A DNA stretch of 64,000 nt, taken from the sequence record MK817115.1; one strand, written 5' to 3'. The position numbers and the translations under genes are program-made. Under the pieces are notes generated by a model that saw only the letters and a program-made list of their open reading frames with translations, did not search any database and was not told the DNA's origin. Position 1 is the first letter of the stretch. Each line of letters begins with the position of its first letter. Below are positions 39,790 through 46,781 of the stretch, piece by piece.

Positions 39790-40246
39790 TAGGGTATTTT
39801 TTCATCAATTCGTGTAAACGCTGAATCTCTTGTTCTTTTTTTCTATCACTCTCGTATTTTCGAGAAAGTTTCTTTTTTGTATTTGCTTCTTCTAATCTAA
39901 TATCAGTACAGAATTTGTCATTTTTAAAAAAATTGATACGCAATGCATCGAAAACAGACTTGAAATCGTTTCCTAATTCTTTAGACGTGTCAGTGTAATT
40001 ATGAAAATACATGTTATTTGTCATATTTACATGTTCAATAACTGCACCATTATGAGTTACGATAAACATTATATCTCCATACTGTTCACGTGGTTCAGTA
40101 CGATATAGATATATATGTTGACGTAAATAATCTTTTAATTCATGTTCAATGCCACTTTGTTCATAACTTTGATATACTAAAACCTCACCATCAGTTGAAC
40201 TGTTGTCAGATTCATATGGTTCGCGGATAATTATAAGATTATACAT
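39767..40246 (-). CDS. Hypothetical protein
   Basis: 159 aa, GGAG RBS. Confidence 0.55.
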   Translation of the reverse strand: MYNLIIIREPYESDNSSTDGEVLVYQSYEQSGIEHELKDYLRQHIYLYRTEPREQYGDIMFIVTHNGAVIEHVNMTNNMYFHNYTDTSKELGNDFKSVFDALRINFFKNDKFCTDIRLEEANTKKKLSRKYESDRKKEQEIQRLHELMKKYPNEVQHGS

Positions 40247-40254
40247 ATTACTCC

Positions 40255-40536
40255 TTATACCGGAGATACGGTACTCAACATTAGTAAAGCTGTATTTTCA
40301 TCAATTTCATGATAGTTGTCGCATACAAGTGTTTCCAACAAATCAGGATGATAATAATAATGTTCATAATCAGTATCATTAGGAATATGATGATATACAA
40401 ATACAATATCAAAAACATCATCATCATTTTCACACTTGAAACGCTTTAATTCATCGACACTTTCAACAAAGCCATATTCTTCAAAAGCAGTTGTACCATC
40501 TGGTAGTTTCATCCATGCACTTGCAACAATTTTCAT
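40255..40536 (-). CDS. Hypothetical protein
   Basis: 93 aa, AGGA RBS. Confidence 0.5.
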   Translation of the reverse strand: MKIVASAWMKLPDGTTAFEEYGFVESVDELKRFKCENDDDVFDIVFVYHHIPNDTDYEHYYYHPDLLETLVCDNYHEIDENTALLMLSTVSPV

Positions 40537-40553
40537 AAATTTGTGAATCCTTA

Positions 40554-41138
40554 TTATTTTGTAATGTTTAGTTTAGAAACGAAGTATTCTTTGGCTTCTT
40601 CATATGTCATTGAAGTATACATAGGATTCCATTTATCGTCAATATCGATAAGTACTTTAACTTCCATTACATCTTCTGGTGTATAGAATTGCCATGTATT
40701 GTGATCTGGCTCATAGTTAGGGTCCAGTACAAAAACCGTACCATCCTGACCATAAACTTCTCCATCCTCTAATAGCTCACGGAAGAAATCTTCTCCAGTA
40801 GTTGGGTCTTCGTATGCATTATAAAAACGAAAAACAACATTCTCAACATCTGTTCGGGTAGTACCATCGTCTTCATCATATTCCACCAAACGGTCCTGAT
40901 GAAATACTAGGTCAATTGCACCAATGCGAGGTTTATTATGTGGAGTTTTGATTTCTTGCTGGGAATTGTAATCAATACGTTCAGTACTGATGAATACTCC
41001 ACTAGGGGTAATTTCAATACCAGACACATTTTCTGGTGAATAGTAAGCGTCACACATGTCATCAATGTGCATGTGCTCATTATACACTTCCATTTCAGGA
41101 TTCTGCAACAACAGTGCTGCTAAGTCTTTTGCTTTCAA
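40554..41138 (-). CDS. Hypothetical protein, paralog of 41874..42491
   Basis: MKAKDLAALLLQNPEMEVY, ITPSGVF, FYTPEDV and MTYEEAKE shared blocks. Confidence 0.6.
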   Translation of the reverse strand: MKAKDLAALLLQNPEMEVYNEHMHIDDMCDAYYSPENVSGIEITPSGVFISTERIDYNSQQEIKTPHNKPRIGAIDLVFHQDRLVEYDEDDGTTRTDVENVVFRFYNAYEDPTTGEDFFRELLEDGEVYGQDGTVFVLDPNYEPDHNTWQFYTPEDVMEVKVLIDIDDKWNPMYTSMTYEEAKEYFVSKLNITK

Positions 41139-41527
41139 TCTACAATCTCCATAGAATTATCATCATCATAATCATCACTGGTGTACTTAGTTTTTACCTC
41201 AATACCATTCTCATGTAGGTATGTGATAAAACCATTACCATAAACGAATTGATTATAATATGTATTTTCTTCTACATGTGCATCATAATCATCTTCATAA
41301 TATGTGGGTATTGTAACATCATGACCTACACTTTGCAAGTACTGGAACAATTCTTTCAGTACTACTTCGATATCACCTTCTTCTGTGCCATAACAATATG
41401 CAGGTTCACCGTGAGTGAATTTGAATCCTTTACAGGAAACTGTATAAATGTCACTCATGTTCATACCACAATCATCACATTCATGTATAGAACAATGCTG
41501 GTGGAATTTAATCTTTTTGATTTGCAT
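41135..41527 (-). CDS. Acidic hypothetical protein with CxxC
   Basis: 130 aa; HECDDCG motif. Confidence 0.5.
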   Translation of the reverse strand: MQIKKIKFHQHCSIHECDDCGMNMSDIYTVSCKGFKFTHGEPAYCYGTEEGDIEVVLKELFQYLQSVGHDVTIPTYYEDDYDAHVEENTYYNQFVYGNGFITYLHENGIEVKTKYTSDDYDDDNSMEIVD

Positions 41528-41867
41528 TTAGAAAATCCTGTAAAGATGTAGTAGACATTGGACTATCAGCACCATCATACCACAGTGATGTATATGGCTG
41601 AACTGAACTAATATCAATACACAACCCTTCACGCTCACATTTTTGAGCGAATTCTTCAGTAGTTAGTTTGTTACCAAAAGAAATCTCAAATTCATAACTA
41701 GACATATCAATATCAGTACTGTAAATCAATGCACCATCATATGTAATATGGAGTTTAGAATCTGCGTCAAAAAGACGATCTGAAATAGCTTCATAATCAT
41801 CTTCAGGAACTGCTTCAATAAGACGTGCCATTAGTCCAGATGTTACGCGGTAATCACTCATGTTCAA
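41508..41867 (-). CDS. Hypothetical protein
   Basis: 119 aa, GAGG RBS. Confidence 0.55.
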   Translation of the reverse strand: MNMSDYRVTSGLMARLIEAVPEDDYEAISDRLFDADSKLHITYDGALIYSTDIDMSSYEFEISFGNKLTTEEFAQKCEREGLCIDISSVQPYTSLWYDGADSPMSTTSLQDFLNANQKD

Positions 41868-41873
41868 CCTCTT

Positions 41874-42491
41874 TTATTTTTTAATTTTATCAATCATAGA
41901 AGGTGATACTTTTACATTGAATTCAGAATCAGGAAAATCTTTAGAAAATGAATCAATTTGTTCTTGTGAAAGTTCTTCTTTTTGTGGAAATAACATTTTA
42001 ACTAAATTTTTACCACATTCAATTGCTTCATCATACGACATAGTTTCCCATGTTCCATGCCAAGTACTAGGTTCATATTCTGTCAGTACAGAAATGAAAT
42101 CAATATCATCGGGTGTATACCAAACAGCATTTTGATTCCCTGATGGTGCTGATTGATTTTTACCTAATAAAACAATTGGCTTTTCATAAGGAATGTTAAA
42201 TATCAACCCAGATTCTAAGTTAAGAACAGTTTGAATAGATGAACCCTCCAATTTTGGAGTAATAGTACCATCCTTAAAGAAAATTTGTACATGACCCAAG
42301 AGCGGGGTTTCGTATGGTGTAAGTACATTTTCAGAAACTGATGTGGGTTTTACCGTTGTGAAAATGCCAGATGGGGTGACCATTAATTTATTATCAAAAT
42401 TCTGATAATGCAAGTCACTCTCTGCATCATAATGATAAATTTCTAGATTTGGTTGAGATAGTAGTAATTTTGCTAAATCATGAGATTTCAT
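41874..42491 (-). CDS. Hypothetical protein, paralog of 40554..41138
   Basis: GGAG RBS before MKSHDLAKLLLSQPNLEIY; VTPSGIF, WYTPDDI and MSYDEAIE. Confidence 0.6.
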   Translation of the reverse strand: MKSHDLAKLLLSQPNLEIYHYDAESDLHYQNFDNKLMVTPSGIFTTVKPTSVSENVLTPYETPLLGHVQIFFKDGTITPKLEGSSIQTVLNLESGLIFNIPYEKPIVLLGKNQSAPSGNQNAVWYTPDDIDFISVLTEYEPSTWHGTWETMSYDEAIECGKNLVKMLFPQKEELSQEQIDSFSKDFPDSEFNVKVSPSMIDKIKK

Positions 42492-42539
42492 TTTATTTCT
42501 CCAAAAGAAAAGGAGAGTCACAATGACTCTCCATATATT

Positions 42540-42980
42540 TTATTGTAAAACTTTAAGTTTGTAAAGTGTTCCTTCAACAAAACTCATAATATCTTCTAAT
42601 GTGTTTACACTGCCGTAATCACCTGATTCTTCAAGCATATCATGAATTGCTCTACATTGCTCAACATATTCTTCAAGAATTGGTACACAATCTTCAATTG
42701 GTGTAAAACGATAACTATTACCAGTTCCAACTTGTAAAGCACCACGATTATTCATGATACCTTCAACAAATGCGTCTACATATTCTGGTAATTCTTTATA
42801 TAGTTCATCTAATTGTAAATGCTTTGTATAAAAATGACATTGTAAGTGCCAGTTATGTGCAGCAGAACTTAAAAACAAACTATTTTCAATAAAAGTTAAT
42901 AGTACTTCATCATACGAATTATCTTCTTCAGTACTTCCGATAAAGTCCATTACGTGTCGTAAATCATTAATATCTTCCAT
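42540..42980 (-). CDS. Dps/ferritin-like four-helix protein
   Basis: AHNWHLQC...KHLQLDELY...VDAFVE matches the Dps ferroxidase signature. Confidence 0.75.
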   Translation of the reverse strand: MEDINDLRHVMDFIGSTEEDNSYDEVLLTFIENSLFLSSAAHNWHLQCHFYTKHLQLDELYKELPEYVDAFVEGIMNNRGALQVGTGNSYRFTPIEDCVPILEEYVEQCRAIHDMLEESGDYGSVNTLEDIMSFVEGTLYKLKVLQ

Positions 42981-43012
42981 AATATCTCTCCTTAGAGTTA
43001 TTCTCTTATTAT

Positions 43013-43441
43013 TTAGTTAATAATAAAGGTAATTTCAGGATTCATTTCAGAAACTGCATTGCGTTTACTTCTATCCCATAGTATTCTGTTATTATACAAA
43101 GAAGAATCACATACTACAAGTAAGCAATTTCTTAATCTACTTACAGTACTTTGATTATTTAAATCAGTTTCTGAAATAAAAAATACATTTTCAGGAACTA
43201 CTAAAGGAATAGATTTATCAAAAAACAAAACTACAATAGGTCTTGTTGTATGAACTGATTTAACGAAATCCAAAATACTATTATAAAAATTAGTTTCTTT
43301 AGTAATTACTGACGGATCTTTAATTCTTTTCAAATATTGCTGTGGTAATTGATGTTCGTCTTTTATCTGAAACTCAAAATATTCTTTGAATAACATTTGT
43401 GTTAATTCGGATTTATCGGATATTTTCGTTGTGTTACTCAT
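43013..43441 (-). CDS. Hypothetical protein
   Basis: 142-aa ORF. Confidence 0.45.
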   Translation of the reverse strand: MSNTTKISDKSELTQMLFKEYFEFQIKDEHQLPQQYLKRIKDPSVITKETNFYNSILDFVKSVHTTRPIVVLFFDKSIPLVVPENVFFISETDLNNQSTVSRLRNCLLVVCDSSLYNNRILWDRSKRNAVSEMNPEITFIIN

Positions 43442-43581
43442 TCACTTCGTTCTCTCGTAACTCAAGAAGTCACTGCGTTTACTTCGTAAACTAGTTCCTT
43501 CTGAAAATGATAATGTACTTTAAAAACTTGACGGGATTTGTTGAGGACTATTACATCCCCCCGCAGGGGAATGAAGGTAAT

Positions 43582-43604
43582 AAAAAAGAGACAATTAAGT
43601 CTCT
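43582..43604 (-). terminator. Rho-independent terminator closing the candidate ncRNA
   Basis: Minus strand AGAGAC-TTAATT-GTCTCT followed by TTTTT. Confidence 0.6.
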
Positions 43605-43643
43605 CTTGACGATGATGGCATCGGATATTATCGAATTGCGAAT

Positions 43644-43825
43644 TTCTCAAATTTTGGACGGATCTTTCTTGTACCAAAATTTAGAGAGCGAAAGCGGGTT
43701 GCTCGGTTTCTCTCTATCGCAGTCATATGCAACGGTCGCTGGTCTTTTCATCAACAGCACTCAGTACTAACTCTATTCGATCAAAGTAGTACTTGTTCTC
43801 AAATTTTGGACGCAACTTTCTTGTA
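43644..43825. repeat. Two 30-nt direct repeats (28/30 identical) 152 bp apart
   Basis: TTCTCAAATTTTGGACGGATCTTTCTTGTA (43644) and TTCTCAAATTTTGGACGCAACTTTCTTGTA (43796). Confidence 0.9.
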
Positions 43826-44102
43826 AAAATTGCGTCCGCTATCCTTGAACTCCCTTAGCAAATCTGGTAAGGTGCGAACCTTATACATCTATCTAGGAAC
43901 TCTCTGTATGCTTATCGGAGTTCTTTATACAGCCGTGTCGCCGTGATTCGTGGTCTTACATCGTGTTTGTTTGAATGCCAGTACTCTAACAGGTTTCTTC
44001 TGCTGTTCGCTACAACGGTAAAGCTCATCTATCCTTTACATTTTCAAGAGAAGTAGGTTCTCAGTGTCCATTTTTCAATGTCCGTTGTCATTTTCTATAT
44101 AC

Positions 44103-44131
44103 ATTATATCATTGGAACATATAATGTCCCA
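44103..44131 (-). promoter_or_regulatory. Promoter, TGGGACA-N16-TATAAT class, firing into the non-coding region
   Basis: Minus strand TGGGACA ttatatgttccaatga TATAAT. Confidence 0.7.
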
Positions 44132-44530
44132 TTACATGTATACTTTTTTAAAATCCTTAGAACAACGATCAAAAATTGTGTTTATGAATTCAACATCTTC
44201 GATAATATTCGAATCGTTAGCAACATTTTCATTTCTTGTCGTGTTCCTATATGTGTGTTCAGGATGATTGTATACCACCTTGACTACATTATTTAGGTCT
44301 ATAAAATTTGACGTTTTTTGCGTATATGAAGCCTGAAGCTTGATGAGTTTACCATCATTCTCAAGATTGGTTTTATGAATTAGTTCTTCAATACCAGTTA
44401 AATGGCTATAGCTATCTTTTTCTTTTACAAAAGTAATAGTAACAAGAACTGCTTTCTCATCTCCCATATCGGAAATGTTTTTTACAGCACTGATAATTTC
44501 TAAGTTTGAAAAATCTAATTCTTTAAGCAT
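44132..44530 (-). CDS. Hypothetical protein
   Basis: 132-aa ORF. Confidence 0.5.
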   Translation of the reverse strand: MLKELDFSNLEIISAVKNISDMGDEKAVLVTITFVKEKDSYSHLTGIEELIHKTNLENDGKLIKLQASYTQKTSNFIDLNNVVKVVYNHPEHTYRNTTRNENVANDSNIIEDVEFINTIFDRCSKDFKKVYM

Positions 44531-44531
44531 T

Positions 44532-44888
44532 TTACAAATATTTCCACAAAGTTCGATAAGTGATAATTTCTTCTCTGGTTACAGAAACTTCATTGCACTT
44601 AACACCATCAGTTTCATTACTGAATGGTTGTACTGGTCTATCTTCTGTTAAACCTCGTTCATAAGTACAATGATAAAACTTATTTGTACTCATGTCAAGA
44701 AATACGAGATCAAATTCTTCAGTCCATCTTCTGTGCCCTTTGCTTTCATTGCAGATGATTTTATATTTTACATCTGGTTTAAAAGTTTCAGTACTGTCAT
44801 CCCATGCACCATAGTCAGTATATTCATCATTTTCATCTAACTCTGCTAGATGCCACATTAATTGTGGTAAAAAGATTTTAGATTTCAT
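44532..44888 (-). CDS. Hypothetical protein
   Basis: 118 aa, GGAG RBS. Confidence 0.55.
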   Translation of the reverse strand: MKSKIFLPQLMWHLAELDENDEYTDYGAWDDSTETFKPDVKYKIICNESKGHRRWTEEFDLVFLDMSTNKFYHCTYERGLTEDRPVQPFSNETDGVKCNEVSVTREEIITYRTLWKYL

Positions 44889-44940
44889 TTATTTTCTCCA
44901 AAAAAAAGGACTTGAATACTCAAGTCCTTATAATATCATA

Positions 44941-45552
44941 TCAATCATGTTTATTCAATTTCTTCTGTTCTTTTTTCAAAGCTTTCATATGACGACCAAA
45001 CTCTCGAACATGCCATAGATGATCAGTTTCCCATAATTCTTGACGTAACCTACGTTCTTCTAGTAGTTTCGACTTGTCAATGTTATTTTTCTTTTTTTGT
45101 ACATTAAAGAAATTATTCATATGTTCTTGGAGAAGATTACGACCTTTAACTTTCTCAAGAAACTCATCAACTGTTTCAGTTTTATTCGAACGTAGTTGAT
45201 TACATCTGGAGCACATAGTATTAAAGTTTGACTCTAAATCAGGTCCACCCTTAGATGCCAGATGATTATGGTCAACTGTCATTAAAACTTCATAAAGACC
45301 ACATACAGCATATACATTTAAATGTGGTTTACCATATACTGGATCAGAACATAATGAACGTTCAATGCGTACTTCAGTAGCTTCAATCCCACATGCCACG
45401 CATTTTGGATTCTTAACAAAAGTAAGAACTTTTTGTGGGAAATATCGAAAAGTAATACCATTTAAAGTGTAGCGTTTCATCTTAGTACTTCGTTGATTTA
45501 ATTCTTCAAGAAGTGATAATTTTGTCGTATAGTAAACATGATATTTGTTCAT
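44941..45552 (-). CDS. HNH endonuclease-like protein
   Basis: CVACG and TVDHNHLASKGGPDLESNFNTMCSRCNQLRSN (HNH with Zn ligands); probable start MNKYHV just after the o-spanin stop. Confidence 0.75.
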   Translation of the reverse strand: MNKYHVYYTTKLSLLEELNQRSTKMKRYTLNGITFRYFPQKVLTFVKNPKCVACGIEATEVRIERSLCSDPVYGKPHLNVYAVCGLYEVLMTVDHNHLASKGGPDLESNFNTMCSRCNQLRSNKTETVDEFLEKVKGRNLLQEHMNNFFNVQKKKNNIDKSKLLEERRLRQELWETDHLWHVREFGRHMKALKKEQKKLNKHD

Positions 45553-45553
45553 T

Positions 45554-45862
45554 TTATTCCTTGATATTGATTTTAATATCTTTACCTTGTAAATCACGAA
45601 TAGTTTTAATCAATGCGTCGTGTTTTAAAGCACATTCATTGTAGACTGCATCCCAACGAGTAAGTACTTTAAGAATTTCTGCACCATCATAACCTTTAAA
45701 ACCATTTTTGTCAATCATAATTTTTTGTGGTAGAGGTGTATCATCATCACATCTTTCTAACAGAATTTCTTGTTTAATTGGTGCGGGGGATTGTAGTTTT
45801 ACTTGCTCGGCACACCCACTTATAATTAAAAAAGAAATCATTGGAACTAATAATTTTTTCAT
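45554..45862 (-). CDS. Outer-membrane spanin (Rz1-like lipoprotein)
   Basis: Lipoprotein signal MKKLLVPMISFLIISG-C, proline-rich segment, CA..HDAL; ATGA overlap with the i-spanin. Confidence 0.8.
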   Translation of the reverse strand: MKKLLVPMISFLIISGCAEQVKLQSPAPIKQEILLERCDDDTPLPQKIMIDKNGFKGYDGAEILKVLTRWDAVYNECALKHDALIKTIRDLQGKDIKINIKE

Positions 45863-46233
45863 TTGAATTTATTCCTCGCTGCTTGAGAATTTTGTTTTAG
45901 TTCATTCAGTACTTTTACACCATCTTCATCTAAACATACATTCTTATAAACTTCACGTTCTACAATAAAAGGAACCTTTGTTTCAATAACTTTAGCATTA
46001 TCTTCCATGATTTTTTTAGTTTCAAGGTAATTTTTTGCATTTTCTTGTTGCATTTTATCCAAGGCGGTATCAACTTTTTTAGCTATTTGTTGCTCTATGC
46101 TTTGTTGATATCCACTGTAATAAGTATTAGCTTCCCAACCAGCATAAGCTGAACCGCCAATTAATAATACAAAAGAAATTGGTTTCCAAAATGGAATAAG
46201 AATTTTTGAAACAATTATTTCTAACATACTCAT
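45859..46233 (-). CDS. Inner-membrane spanin (Rz-like)
   Basis: N-terminal TM helix, coiled coil and VYKNVCLDEDG C-terminal motif; TAAATA upstream. Confidence 0.8.
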   Translation of the reverse strand: MSMLEIIVSKILIPFWKPISFVLLIGGSAYAGWEANTYYSGYQQSIEQQIAKKVDTALDKMQQENAKNYLETKKIMEDNAKVIETKVPFIVEREVYKNVCLDEDGVKVLNELKQNSQAARNKFK

Positions 46234-46286
46234 AATAATATCTCCTATAGTTGATGATATTATTTAGAGTATACAATTGTATAGTT

Positions 46287-46706
46287 TTACAACATTTTTT
46301 GAATATGTTCTACTAGTTCATACAGCTTAGTTTCATTATTCTCGAACTTTTCATCAACTTCAACATTGAATTTTTCTTCTAGTTCCATTACCATTTCAAT
46401 CCAATCAAGCCAATCAAAATGGAATTTTTCTTCGACTTCCAATTTAGTAAGATTGAAGTTCGCTGATACATCATTCTCTGATGTATCACAATAACGAGTA
46501 GTGATGAATTTGACAATTTCTTTTTCAACATCGTTTAATTCACGAGTTTGATATTCGGGCTGAAGATACCACCACTCTCCCTTATTAATAGATTCCAATT
46601 CTTGTTTGATTTCATGCATTACTTTATAACGGTCAGTACTTTTATGAATAGAATTGACTTCTTGGTTCAATACATGTAGTGCATTTTTAATACGTTCATT
46701 TAACAT
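46287..46706 (-). CDS. Acyl-carrier-protein-like protein lacking the phosphopantetheine serine
   Basis: C-terminal FDWLDWIEMVMELEEKFNVEV aligns with ACP [21 protein letters not shown], with S replaced by W. Confidence 0.7.
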   Translation of the reverse strand: MLNERIKNALHVLNQEVNSIHKSTDRYKVMHEIKQELESINKGEWWYLQPEYQTRELNDVEKEIVKFITTRYCDTSENDVSANFNLTKLEVEEKFHFDWLDWIEMVMELEEKFNVEVDEKFENNETKLYELVEHIQKML

Positions 46707-46781
46707 TTTATCACCTTATAAAAAAAAGAGAACTCCATATGAAGTTCTCTGATTATACATAATTACTTTTTCTATGTCAAG

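Larger units (their letters stand above)
43582..44096 (-). ncRNA. Candidate large structured non-coding RNA (~515 nt), alternatively a transcription-primed origin
   Basis: 690-bp gap between genes with no convincing ORF. Promoter at 44103-44131, terminator at 43582-43604, many hairpins and a 30-nt internal repeat. Confidence 0.55.

Noticed and set aside
43540-43610. Group I intron R/S-like words (AGAGACUUA and AUAGUCC on the minus strand)
   Set aside because: The R-like segment pairs locally as a terminator hairpin, no P3/P4/P6 core could be built, and the flanking genes are not halves of one ORF
43462-43770. ORFs 43462..43677 (-) and 43507..43770 (+)
   Set aside because: No RBS, atypical codon use and they span terminator and hairpin elements; treated as chance ORFs
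43644-43825. The 30-nt direct repeat pair as a minimal CRISPR array
   Set aside because: Only two copies, a 122-nt spacer (too long), and no cas genes or leader in the window
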